This document shows positions 18,405 to 27,914 of a DNA stretch of 64,000 bases, one piece after another. The DNA is taken from positions 2,880,001 to 2,944,000 of the forward strand of contig OY782041.1 in NCBI GenBank assembly GCA_963677595.1. The letters run 5' to 3'. The first letter of the stretch is position 1; each line of letters opens with the position of its first letter. The notes under the pieces are model-generated. The model did not search any database. It was not told where the DNA came from and was given only the letters and a program-made list of their open reading frames with translations. This DNA comes from Spirochaetia bacterium. GTDB taxonomy: Bacteria > Spirochaetota > Spirochaetia > CAKZLE01. The position numbers and the translations under genes are program-made.

Positions 18405-19166
18405 TTGAAGACACTGATCTCATGGAACGTCAACGGCATCAGGGCAGCCGGGAAGAAGGGCCTGTTCGACTGGATGCAGGAGAAGGATGCAGATATCGTG
18501 TGCCTGCAGGAGACGAAGGCGCAGGTGGAGCAGCTCGATGAGACCTTCACGGCCCCTGAGGGCTACCGGTCATATTTCGCGTCTGCCGAACGGAAGGGCT
18601 ACAGCGGGGTCGTCACCTATGCGAAGGAAGAACCGCTCTCTGTTTCGACGCTCGGGATCGATGAGTTCGATGCCGAGGGAAGGAGCATCATCCTCGACTA
18701 CCCCGATTACCGATTGATCAACTGCTACTTCCCCAACAGCCAGGAGGCGGGCAAGCGCCTCGACTATAAGCTGCGCTTCTGCGAGGCTGTCCAGGACTAC
18801 TGCGACCAGACTGTAGCGGCAGGGAAGGACATCATCCTCTGCGGCGACTACAATGTCGCGCACAAGCCCATCGACCTGGCGAACCCCAAACGGAATGAGC
18901 AGAACCCCGGCTACCTGCCGGAGGAACGGGCCTGGATGGACCGCTTCACCGATGCCGGGTATATCGACACCTTCCGGAAGTACTGCCCGGACCCCGACCG
19001 GTACAGCTGGTGGTCCTACCGGTTCAAGGCCAGGGAGAAGAACACGGGGTGGAGGATCGACTACTTCTGCGTGAACGCCCGCTTCGAGCAGCGATTGCAG
19101 GCTGCCGATATCCTGGACCAGGTGATGGGCTCCGACCACTGCCCGGTCGAACTGCGCATCAGTTGA
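18405..19166 (+). CDS. xth: Exodeoxyribonuclease III
   Basis: ISWNVNGIRA, CLQETK, GDYNVAH, GWRIDYF, GSDHCP. Confidence 0.96.
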   Translation: MKTLISWNVNGIRAAGKKGLFDWMQEKDADIVCLQETKAQVEQLDETFTAPEGYRSYFASAERKGYSGVVTYAKEEPLSVSTLGIDEFDAEGRSIILDYPDYRLINCYFPNSQEAGKRLDYKLRFCEAVQDYCDQTVAAGKDIILCGDYNVAHKPIDLANPKRNEQNPGYLPEERAWMDRFTDAGYIDTFRKYCPDPDRYSWWSYRFKAREKNTGWRIDYFCVNARFEQRLQAADILDQVMGSDHCPVELRIS

Positions 19167-19855
19167 CGGTGTCGATCGGCGAACTGAGGGAGTCCTCCCT
19201 CCACGAAGAACTCAAGGAGTTCTACCAGGCCTCGTTCGGCGGGGAGACCGAAGTACCCGTCGACGGGTATATCGTGGACCTCTATACCGGTTCCGAGGTC
19301 ATCGAGATCCAGACGGGGAGCTTCTCGAACATCTCCGGGAAGCTCTCGAAACTACTAGGCTCCCATCCGGTCCGTCTCGTCCATCCCCTGGTTCGGAGGA
19401 AGTCACTGCTGCTCTATGACCAGACGGGGACAGTCCTGCAGAGGCAACGGAGATCCCCGCTGCGGGGCATCCCTGCCCATGCGGCCAGGGAGCTCATCAG
19501 GATCCCTGACGTGGCGATGCAGCCCGGGTTCACTTTCGAGCTGCTGATGGTCTCGGTGGAGGAAACCCGCCGTGACGACGGGAAAGGGAGTTGGAGACGG
19601 AAGGGCGTGAGCATCGCAGACCGGAAGCTGCTCTCGATCGACGACGTCCTGGTCTTCGAGAAGCCGGCCGACTACCTGACGCTCCTTCCCCCTGGCCTCC
19701 CAGACCCCTTCACCAACAAGGATACGGCCAGCCTTGGGGGAATGACCGCCAGCCAGGCCTCGAAGCTCTCCTGGTTTCTTAGGAAGGTGGGGGTGGTGGA
19801 GGCTGTCGGGAAGGAGGGGCGGGCCTACCTGTTCCATGCTGCGGCTGGTGTATGA
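19163..19855 (+). CDS. Putative PD-(D/E)xK nuclease-like protein with C-terminal winged helix
   Basis: ESSLHEELK, EVPVDGYIVD..VIEIQT; the start (TTG 19163 or GTG 19169) abuts the xth stop. Confidence 0.65.
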   Translation: MTVSIGELRESSLHEELKEFYQASFGGETEVPVDGYIVDLYTGSEVIEIQTGSFSNISGKLSKLLGSHPVRLVHPLVRRKSLLLYDQTGTVLQRQRRSPLRGIPAHAARELIRIPDVAMQPGFTFELLMVSVEETRRDDGKGSWRRKGVSIADRKLLSIDDVLVFEKPADYLTLLPPGLPDPFTNKDTASLGGMTASQASKLSWFLRKVGVVEAVGKEGRAYLFHAAAGV

Positions 19856-19953
19856 TATGTGTGTGAAGATGTATGATGTAAAAAGTAAAAAATTACACAT
19901 ATAACGGGAATATATGATATAATAAGAAATAAATTACTCGTAAGAGGATTTCT

Positions 19954-20292
19954 ATGGATTATACTATGATGTCTGATACCCAGATCATCCGGGACCTCGC
20001 CCAGCGAGTGGACCAGCTTCGAATAGCCCGACGACTCAAGGACTCCGATATCGAGAGAATTTCAGGTCTCTCAAGGAAGACCATCTACAATTTCAGGACC
20101 GGCAAGACCGGGATAAGCCTTCGAAACCTCATCAGGCTGCTTCAGGCCCTCGGGGAGGTCGATCGTCTGCAGCGGATGTTCCCCCCCGAAGAGACGTACA
20201 GTCCGTTGAACGGGACGAAGAAGAAACCCCCGAAACGTGTGCGGGATACTGCAGCCCCTGAGTCGCGATTCCGATGGGGAGATGAACGGTAG
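19954..20292 (+). CDS. XRE HTH regulator (HipB-like antitoxin)
   Basis: SGLSRKTIYNF..G..ISLRNLIRLLQALG, C-terminal KRVR..WGDE. Confidence 0.75.
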   Translation: MDYTMMSDTQIIRDLAQRVDQLRIARRLKDSDIERISGLSRKTIYNFRTGKTGISLRNLIRLLQALGEVDRLQRMFPPEETYSPLNGTKKKPPKRVRDTAAPESRFRWGDER

Positions 20293-20607
20293 GGAGTATG
20301 GCTGTCCCTTCAAACAGTGGACCCGCTTCCTGCTGCAGGTCATCCATAGGAAAATAAATTCATCATACCGCCAGAACCCCTGCCTGAACCTGGGGGCCGA
20401 AGATACATACCCGCATGCCTGATAGATACCAATCCATGTTCTATTACCGTGGTCATACCCTGGATTAATCTGTCAGGTATGCCGGTTAATCGTACAAGGA
20501 TCATTTTATTGCACGGACGATGCTCTGGGAAGAGTGCGTATTTTCATTCACGACAAACATATATGTGGTATAATCGATTATATGCCAATCATTACGGAGG
20601 TTTGCCC

Positions 20608-21042
20608 ATGAGAATCGAGAAGACGCTCTCGCCGGTATTCAGCAACCTTGCGAAAGCCGCTGAAAAGCAGCAGCGGTACGAGGATGCCGAGCTGTTCCAG
20701 CAGCTCTCGGAACAGATGTATGTCGAGGTCCCCGGACCCGGCGACCTGGATTCGCTCAAAGCCCGGATCGATGAGGATATTACCGCCCATTACCCGGCCG
20801 TGCGGGAGGCCGCAGAGAAGGTCCGCGACCGGGGGGCCCTGCGAGCTGTGACTTGGGGCGAGAAGGTGACGAAGATCCAGAAGAGCCTGATCGCGCGGTA
20901 TGAGACGAAGGGTGATGACCTCCTTGAGGGGAATGACCTCTTCATCTGCGAGGCCTGCGGGTTCATCGCCGTCGCCCCGTCAGTACCGGACCGGTGCCCG
21001 ATATGCAAGGCACCGTCATCACGATTCTCCCTGGTGGGATAG
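20608..21042 (+). CDS. Rubredoxin-like domain protein
   Basis: C-terminal CEACGF...PDRCPICK; GGAGG RBS before ATG 20608. Confidence 0.8.
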   Translation: MRIEKTLSPVFSNLAKAAEKQQRYEDAELFQQLSEQMYVEVPGPGDLDSLKARIDEDITAHYPAVREAAEKVRDRGALRAVTWGEKVTKIQKSLIARYETKGDDLLEGNDLFICEACGFIAVAPSVPDRCPICKAPSSRFSLVG

Positions 21043-21054
21043 GAGGTAGGGAAT

Positions 21055-21510
21055 ATGTATGCATCAAGGAACCTGGACTACTGTACGAAAGACTGCGTGT
21101 GCCTCTTCGTCTGCCCGACAGGGGCTACCGATACGGAGAATGGCCAGATCAATATGGACAAGTGCATCGACGGCTGCCGGCTCTGCGTGGATGCCTGCCC
21201 GTCCCATGCGATCTTCCTCGTCCCGGAGACCTTCCCCGAACCCCTGTGCAAGGACAAGGAGGTCAATGCGACGCTCATGAAGCTCTGCGAGCGGAAGTTC
21301 ACTGAGGAGGATACCGCCCTTTCAGTCTCGGAGTACTCCGGGAACAGGACCGAATCCCGCCTGGCCAAGGCCCTGCAGCGCTCGGCACGGATCCTCTCCG
21401 AGGACTGCGCCCGCGAGGCGGGCTACCTGACACCGCAGTGCAGGAAGACGAGGGAACTGTTATCGCAGTTCCCCGACTCCGAGAATGCCCATAAGCTCCT
21501 GAAGCACTGA
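21055..21510 (+). CDS. 4Fe-4S dicluster ferredoxin-domain protein
   Basis: CTKDCVCLFVCPTGA and CIDGCRLCVDACPSHAI. Confidence 0.88.
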   Translation: MYASRNLDYCTKDCVCLFVCPTGATDTENGQINMDKCIDGCRLCVDACPSHAIFLVPETFPEPLCKDKEVNATLMKLCERKFTEEDTALSVSEYSGNRTESRLAKALQRSARILSEDCAREAGYLTPQCRKTRELLSQFPDSENAHKLLKH

Positions 21511-21517
21511 CGGCCTG

Positions 21518-21655
21518 TCAGCCCTCGAAGGTCGTGAGCACATCCTTGAGCAGTCGTATGATCGGCAGGTGCTGGGGACAGAGTCCCTCGCACTGGCCGC
21601 ATTCGATGCAGAGGGAGGCGTTCCCGGCTTTCGAGAGCACGAACCGGTAGGAGTT
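21518..21655 (-). pseudogene. Detached 3' end of the aldo/keto reductase (4Fe-4S tail)
   Basis: Minus strand reads YRFVLSKAGNASLCIECGQCEGLCPQHLPIIRLLKDVLTTFEG*, in frame with 23811-24826 once the IS is removed. Confidence 0.9.
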
Positions 21656-21750
21656 CCTTAACTTCTTGTACTTTTATTACTCAAACCACTTTTTCGCGAC
21701 AAGCCAATACATAAATCTTTAAAATATAAGGAGAAATAAACGGTTTTCAG

Positions 21751-21779
21751 TTGAATTCCAGGCCCAGGTCTGCTATACT
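21751..21779 (+). promoter_or_regulatory. Sigma70-type promoter of the IS transposase
   Basis: TTGAAT-17 bp-TATACT with extended TG; a copy of the IR motif TATTACTCAA lies at 21792-21801. Confidence 0.6.
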
Positions 21780-21807
21780 TAAGGTATAAAGTATTACTCA
21801 ATGCGAG

Positions 21808-23544
21808 GTGAATATCATGTACCTAAAGACCCTGGTTGACCTGCCGGATGTCCCCGGTAAAATCGTGATTCAGACGAAGAATAATTCGTCCTACGTGCAC
21901 TTCGAATACGATCGGATCTATGATGCTGACAGGAAGTTCAATGTCCCCAAGCGGGTTGTCATCGGCAAGATTGCTGGCAACGATAAGCACAAAATGTATC
22001 CGAATCCAAATTTCCTGAAGTACTTTCCTGCCGTTGATGTTTCGCCCAGTCGTACGACTGATCCAGACCGAAGCTGCTGCCTAAAGATCGGTTCCTGGTT
22101 GGCGATCCGCAGCATCATCGAGCACTATGGGATCGAGAAGACCCTCAACCCCATCATCGACAAGGATACCGGGTTCTTCCTGGACCTTGCCGCATATTCC
22201 CTGATCAGTGAGAACAATGCCGGTCAGTACTATCCTGACTATGCTTATTGCCATCCGTTGTTTACCAACGCCATGCATATCTACAGCGACTCGAAGGTCT
22301 CAGACTTCCTTACCAACATGCCTGAGCACTGGAGTGTGGAGTTCCTGAATGCGTGGAATGCACGTAGGGATCACCGAGAACGGATCTACATCTCCTACGA
22401 TTCCACGAACAAGAATTGCCAGGCCGGGGACATCGAGATCGTCGAGTTTGGGCATCCAAAGGATGAACAGGGGCTTCCCGTTTTCAATTATTCGATTGCC
22501 TATGACAAGACGAACCAGGTCCCCTTGTTCTATGAGGAGTATCCCGGCAGTATCGTAGATGTCTCACAGCTCCAATTCATGCTGGAGAAAGCACTCAGCT
22601 ATGGATACCGGCATTGCGGGTTCATACTTGACCGAGGATACTTCTCCAAGGCGAACATCCAGTACATGGACGCCTGCGGCTATGAGTTCGTCATCATGGT
22701 CAAGGGCATGAAGGACCTCGTCTCCGGCTTGGTACTGGAGCATCAGGGGAGCTTTGAGACTGACCGGAGATGTTTCATTCGTGGGCACCGGGTGTATGGG
22801 AAGACCATCAAGGCACCGCTGTACGCTGATGATACACGAGAGCGGTATTTCCACATCTTCCATTCCTCAACGCTTGAATGCAGCCAGAGAGGCAAGCTTG
22901 AGGCTAAGCTGGAGCGGATGGAGAAGAGTCTCCTCAAGCATCGGGGACAGGCGATCACGTTCCCGAAATCGTACTCCCAGTATTATGAGCTCTATTTCAA
23001 TGAGCAGGAGGGATCAGCCAAGACCCTGGTCCACTGGCGGGAACGGAACGATGTGATCCAGCGGGAATTATCTCTGTGCGGCTACTTTGCTATCGTCACC
23101 TCAGAGCAGATGACGACTCAGGAGGCGATGGATCTCTATCGGAGCAGAGATGCTTCGGAGAAGCTGTTCAGAAGCGACAAAACCTTTTTGGGCAACAAGA
23201 GCCTGCGTGTCCATTCCGACCAGGCTGCGGATGCCAAGGTGTTCATCGGGTTTGTCGCTCTCATCATACGCAATCGTCTCTACAACCTGCTTAAGGATGC
23301 GATGGCGCGGATGGAAAAGAGGCCAAACTACATGACGGTCCCGGCGGCAATCAAGGAGTTGGACAAGATCGAGATGGTACGCCAGTTTGACGGCATCTAC
23401 CGGCTCGATCATGCCGTAACGAAGACCCAGAAAGTGATCCTGGAGGCCCTAGGCTTAGATCCTGCCTCGGTACAGACTACAGCTCAATCCATTAGTGGGA
23501 TATTGGCTGCAACAGACACATCTGACAAACAGGAGGAATCGTGA
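21808..23544 (+). CDS. IS1634-family DDE transposase
   Basis: YISYDSTN, FGHPK, YPGSIVD, ILDRGYFS, YRSRDASEKLFRSDK. Confidence 0.9.
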   Translation: MNIMYLKTLVDLPDVPGKIVIQTKNNSSYVHFEYDRIYDADRKFNVPKRVVIGKIAGNDKHKMYPNPNFLKYFPAVDVSPSRTTDPDRSCCLKIGSWLAIRSIIEHYGIEKTLNPIIDKDTGFFLDLAAYSLISENNAGQYYPDYAYCHPLFTNAMHIYSDSKVSDFLTNMPEHWSVEFLNAWNARRDHRERIYISYDSTNKNCQAGDIEIVEFGHPKDEQGLPVFNYSIAYDKTNQVPLFYEEYPGSIVDVSQLQFMLEKALSYGYRHCGFILDRGYFSKANIQYMDACGYEFVIMVKGMKDLVSGLVLEHQGSFETDRRCFIRGHRVYGKTIKAPLYADDTRERYFHIFHSSTLECSQRGKLEAKLERMEKSLLKHRGQAITFPKSYSQYYELYFNEQEGSAKTLVHWRERNDVIQRELSLCGYFAIVTSEQMTTQEAMDLYRSRDASEKLFRSDKTFLGNKSLRVHSDQAADAKVFIGFVALIIRNRLYNLLKDAMARMEKRPNYMTVPAAIKELDKIEMVRQFDGIYRLDHAVTKTQKVILEALGLDPASVQTTAQSISGILAATDTSDKQEES

Positions 23545-23765
23545 TGGCACGCACAAGGACGATGGCATCGGTTGATGCAAAGGTCAAGAAGGCCCAAGAT
23601 GCAGTGGAACAAACAAAAGACCGGTATGATGCTGCCGTAACTGAACTGGAACGATGGTACGAAGAGAAGAAGAACCTTCAGCTGCAGGAACTTGCCCAGG
23701 CGCTCAACAAGAGTGATAAGAGTTTTGAAGACGTGATGCGATTCATCAAGGATGGTACCCGCTGA
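23544..23765 (+). CDS. Small coiled-coil passenger protein of the IS
   Basis: GGAGG RBS, start overlaps the transposase stop, lies inside the IRs. Confidence 0.75.
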   Translation: MARTRTMASVDAKVKKAQDAVEQTKDRYDAAVTELERWYEEKKNLQLQELAQALNKSDKSFEDVMRFIKDGTR

Positions 23766-23810
23766 GGCCTCGATGCAGGCCTTGAGTAATAAAAAGTCAG
23801 GAAGTTAAGG

Positions 23811-24826
23811 GAGTTTCGTGAGTTGGGGTTCCCGTAGACCTTCAGGTCGTTATAGAAGGCGAAGTTCCTCGGTATGTTGACCCCTGAAGGGCAGGGCATG
23901 CAGTAGCCGCAGTTGGTACAGCCGATCTGCCGGCTCTCGCTCAGGGCGGTTATGACCGATTCGGTGAGTTCCTGACGCCGTGCATCGAACGGTTCTTCCA
24001 CCGCCCGTCCTGCGATCAGGACATTCTCCTCCACCTGTTCTGCTGTCGACATGCCGCTCAGCAGGAGGGAGACACCGGGATGGCTCCATACCCACTGCAG
24101 GGCGAGTTCCACCGGCTTCCAGGACGGCTCTGAGGCTGCGAGGAGGGCTGCCGCGGCGTTCGGGAGGCTTGCGAGGTTCCCGCCCCGCAGCGGTTCCATG
24201 ACGACGATGCCCAATCCCTTCTCAGCGGCGTACTCATACCCTTCAGTCCCTGCCTGGAAGGTCTGGTCGATGTAGTTGTACTGGATCTGGCAGAAGTCCC
24301 AGTCGTAGCCATCGACGATCCCCTTGAAGACCTCGAGTTCATCATGGAAGGAGAAGCCCATGTACCGAACCTTCCCTGAAGCCTTGGCTCTTTCCATGAA
24401 ATCGAAGATCCCGAGCTCCTTGAGCTTCGGCCATCTCTCATGATCAAGGGCATGGAGCAGGTAGAAGTCTATACGGTCGGTCTCGAGTCGTTCGATTTGG
24501 GCGTCAAGGTAGGAATCAAGGTCGGCACTGGTCTTCACCATCCAGGTGGGCAGCTTGGTCGCGATGTGCACCTTATCGCGGTACCCGTCTTGCAGGGCCT
24601 TCCCCACCAGCGGTTCACTGGCACCGCCGCCTGCATGACCGAAGCCATGGTAGGGCCATGCCGTGTCGATGTAGTTGACGCCGTTATCGACGGCGTAGCG
24701 GATCATACGGATCGCCTCAGGCTCATCGATGGCATTGAAGTCATCCTGGGCATGCGGCAGGCGCATGGCCCCGAATCCCAGAGCGGAGACCTGTTCCCCG
24801 GTCCTTCCCATGGTCCTGTATCTCAT
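23811..24826 (-). pseudogene. Aldo/keto reductase with 4Fe-4S tail, IS-interrupted (5' part)
   Basis: SALGFGAMRLP, NYIDTAWPY, ATKLP, MEPLRGG, CTNCGYCMPCP; breaks at the TSD. Confidence 0.9.
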
Positions 24827-24998
24827 TGTGCACTCCTTCTCTCATTCAGTTTCCTCTACAGTATGCGGGTTACGGTACCCAGATGCAAGGGGCTGAAGAC
24901 CGTCTGCTGGTGAGGGAGGGATACCCGGCAGATGCATATCTGGCAGAAGCACAGCTGCCCTGCTTGTCGCGGGTTTCCCGCTATGATAGTATTCCCCT

Positions 24999-27815
24999 AT
25001 GGATAGAGAGCATTTCACAGTAGGGGAACTCGCGAGACAGAACGAACTGCTCACGCAGGTACTGAGCCTCGCCGGCTTGGGGTTCTACGATCTTGACCTG
25101 ATTGGGAACTCCCTCTACTGGAACGATGCGCTCTACCGTATGTTCGGTGAGGAGCCTGGGAGCTTCGAACCCTCCTATGAACGGTTCCTCGGGTATGTCC
25201 ATCCCGAGGACCGGGAGCGGGTCGATTCGCTGTTCTATGACCTGATGGTGCACAACCGGGATACCGGACTGCAGTACCGGATCATCAAACGTGACGGCAG
25301 TATCGCCGAACTGGATGTCTCCATCCGTATGGAGGCGGACCCTGACGGGAGTCCTTCCCGGATGCTGGGGACGGTCCGTGACATCACGGAGACCGTTACC
25401 TACCGGGATGAGCTCCTGCGGAAGAATCGGCTGCTCGAGGAGACCCAGAGGATCGTGAAGCTCGGCTTCTGGGAATTCGATGTCCCGAAAGACCGGCTCC
25501 TCTGGAGTGATGAGGTGTACCGGATCTTCGGCCTGGAGCCTCAGAGCCTTGCGGCCACCTATGAGAAGTTCTTAACCTTCGTCCACCCAGATGACCGTGA
25601 GATGCTCAACCAGGTGTACCAGGGATCCCTTGAGCAGAAGACCTCGTATGACGTGCGGCACCGGGTAGTGCGGGCAGACGGGTCGGTCATCCATGTCAGG
25701 GAGCAGGCGTACCATGAGTACGATGCAGGGGGGAAGCCTGTTCGGTCGATCGGTACCGTGCTCGATATCACGGATACGGTGGCATACGAGGAGCGGCTCG
25801 ACCAGAAGAGGAAGCAGCTTGAGCATATCCAGCAGGTAGCGAACCTGGGTTCCTATGAGTATGATATCGTCCATGGTGAACTGAGCTGGAGCAGGGAGAT
25901 GTATGAGCTTTTCGGGGTCGACCCCCAGCAGTACACTCCCTCCTACGAGGGATCGTTCAGCAGGGTCCACCCTGAGGACCGGGAACGCGTAGAGGGTGTG
26001 TTGAAGGCGGCGCTCAAGGACGGGAAGCCCGGGATCCAGGGGCAGTACCGGATCCTCAGGGATGACGGGACGGTCATCTATGTGAAAGGGGATGTGAACC
26101 TCCTCTACAACGAGGACGGTGTTCCGGTGAAGGCCATCGGCACCACCCAGGATATCACGGTCCTGGAGGAGTCCCGGCAGGCGCTGAAGGAACGGAACGA
26201 CCTGCTTTCGCTGGCCCAGAGGATGGCGAACCTTGGGTATTGGAGCTTCGACATCGCCAGGAGACATCTCGAGTGGAGCGATGAGCTCTACCGCATCTTC
26301 GGGATGGATCCCGAGACCGATACGGCATCGGTCGAGAAGTTCGTCAGGATGATCCATCCTGAGGACCGGAAGATGGTGATCCGGACCATCCTGGCATCCG
26401 AGCACAAGGAAGAACAGCAGGTGCGCCATCGCCTGCTCAAGCCGGGCGGGTCGGTCCTGCACGTGAATGCCGTCATCCATACGGAGTTCGATGCTGCAGG
26501 GAAGGCGGTCAGGAACGTCGGCTCCTTCCAGGATATCACGGGGATCGTCAAGAACGAGCTGGAGATGCAGCGGTTGAAGGAGCAGCTGGAGTCTGTCGTC
26601 AACAAGATTCCCGATATCCTCTACAGCTTCAGGATCGACGGAGCTATGGAAGTGGTCTATATCAATGACGCGGTGAAGCAGATAACCGGCTACCCCGCCA
26701 GTGATTTCATCGGCAACCGGGTCAGGAATTTCGAGAGCATCATCCATCCTGAGGATACCCCGAGGATAAAACGTATCATAGACTATGCGCTCACACACCA
26801 TGAAGTCTACTTCCTCGAGTACCGGATCATCGCTGCGAACGGGGAGATCATCCATGTCGCCGATACCGGGCAGGTCGTCGCACGGGAGGGGGAGAGCTTC
26901 CTCCTCGAGGGGACCATCTCCGATACCTCGATCCATAAGGACTACAACAAGCGGTTCACGAAGTTCCTCGACCTGCAGGATAACATCATCATCCTGACTG
27001 ACGGAGAGCGGCCGATCTTCCTCAACACCCAGTGCTTCGAGTTTCTCGGCTATGAGAGCCAGAAGGCCTTCATGGAAGAGCATCAGTGCATCACCGAACT
27101 CTTCATCGAGGAGTCACCGTTCTTCTACGTTCCCGATGATAAGAAGTTCGGGAACGAATGGGTGACGACCCTGATCGGGCTCAACGACCGGCAGCGGATC
27201 GTCGCTATGAAGGACAAGTACCGGATCCCCCATGTCTTCGCGATCACGGTCAACTCCTATGACCAGGACTATTATATCCTCAACTTCACCGATGTGAGCG
27301 AGAACTTCTCCGAGAAGCTTCGGCTCGAGCAGATCGCCATCACTGACACCCTCACCGGTGCCTACAACCGTGAGTTCTACCAGATGAACATCGAGCGGCT
27401 CATCGCTGACCATGCGAAGGAGGCTCACCTCACCGGGTTCACCATCTTCGACCTCGATCACTTCAAGCTGGTCAATGACACCTGGGGACATGATGTCGGG
27501 GACAGCGTGCTCCGGAAGGTGATCAAGGTGGTCGGGTCCCACCTGCGGAAGGATGACCGCCTCATCCGCTGGGGAGGGGATGAGTTCCTCATCATCACCC
27601 GGGCCGATACGCTCTCCAGTGTCTATGCACAGGCTGAACTCCTGAGGTCACAACTCGAGCAGACGGCCTTCGATACCATCGGCAGCCAGACCTGCACCTT
27701 CGGCTGTGCGGTACATGCGGCGGGGGAGGCTCCTGAGGCCACCATGAAGGCTGCCGACCGTGCACTCTACCGGGCTAAGGAAGTCGGTCGGAACCGGGTC
27801 GAATCCGCTGGATAG
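24999..27815 (+). CDS. Multi-PAS sensor diguanylate cyclase
   Basis: Five HP(E/D)D-containing PAS_3-type repeats; DTLTGAYNR, DLDHFKLVND, RWGGDEF. Confidence 0.93.
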   Translation: MDREHFTVGELARQNELLTQVLSLAGLGFYDLDLIGNSLYWNDALYRMFGEEPGSFEPSYERFLGYVHPEDRERVDSLFYDLMVHNRDTGLQYRIIKRDGSIAELDVSIRMEADPDGSPSRMLGTVRDITETVTYRDELLRKNRLLEETQRIVKLGFWEFDVPKDRLLWSDEVYRIFGLEPQSLAATYEKFLTFVHPDDREMLNQVYQGSLEQKTSYDVRHRVVRADGSVIHVREQAYHEYDAGGKPVRSIGTVLDITDTVAYEERLDQKRKQLEHIQQVANLGSYEYDIVHGELSWSREMYELFGVDPQQYTPSYEGSFSRVHPEDRERVEGVLKAALKDGKPGIQGQYRILRDDGTVIYVKGDVNLLYNEDGVPVKAIGTTQDITVLEESRQALKERNDLLSLAQRMANLGYWSFDIARRHLEWSDELYRIFGMDPETDTASVEKFVRMIHPEDRKMVIRTILASEHKEEQQVRHRLLKPGGSVLHVNAVIHTEFDAAGKAVRNVGSFQDITGIVKNELEMQRLKEQLESVVNKIPDILYSFRIDGAMEVVYINDAVKQITGYPASDFIGNRVRNFESIIHPEDTPRIKRIIDYALTHHEVYFLEYRIIAANGEIIHVADTGQVVAREGESFLLEGTISDTSIHKDYNKRFTKFLDLQDNIIILTDGERPIFLNTQCFEFLGYESQKAFMEEHQCITELFIEESPFFYVPDDKKFGNEWVTTLIGLNDRQRIVAMKDKYRIPHVFAITVNSYDQDYYILNFTDVSENFSEKLRLEQIAITDTLTGAYNREFYQMNIERLIADHAKEAHLTGFTIFDLDHFKLVNDTWGHDVGDSVLRKVIKVVGSHLRKDDRLIRWGGDEFLIITRADTLSSVYAQAELLRSQLEQTAFDTIGSQTCTFGCAVHAAGEAPEATMKAADRALYRAKEVGRNRVESAG

Positions 27816-27832
27816 CACGACTAAAAGGTACT

Positions 27833-27864
27833 GCTTTGCCGAATAGTCCGGACTATTTTGCAAA
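27833..27864. terminator. Inverted repeat after the cyclase gene
   Basis: CTTTGCCGAATAGTC-CG-GACTATTTTGCAAAG. Confidence 0.45.
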
Positions 27865-27914
27865 GTGCTGCAAGATGGTCTTGATTATTCCTTGTGTCGT
27901 ACTATACTACCTAT

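Larger units (their letters stand above)
21656..23810 (+). mobile_element. IS1634-family insertion sequence with passenger ORF
   Basis: 29-bp imperfect terminal IRs (CCTTAACTTC..TTTTATTACTCAA); 5-bp TSD GAGTT at 21651-21655 and 23811-23815. Confidence 0.92.

Noticed and set aside
25572-27083. Long antisense ORFs (503 aa here, also 39301-40203, 41868-42830, 28308-29006)
   Set aside because: Shadow frames of GC-rich genes with strong codon bias; no protein motifs.
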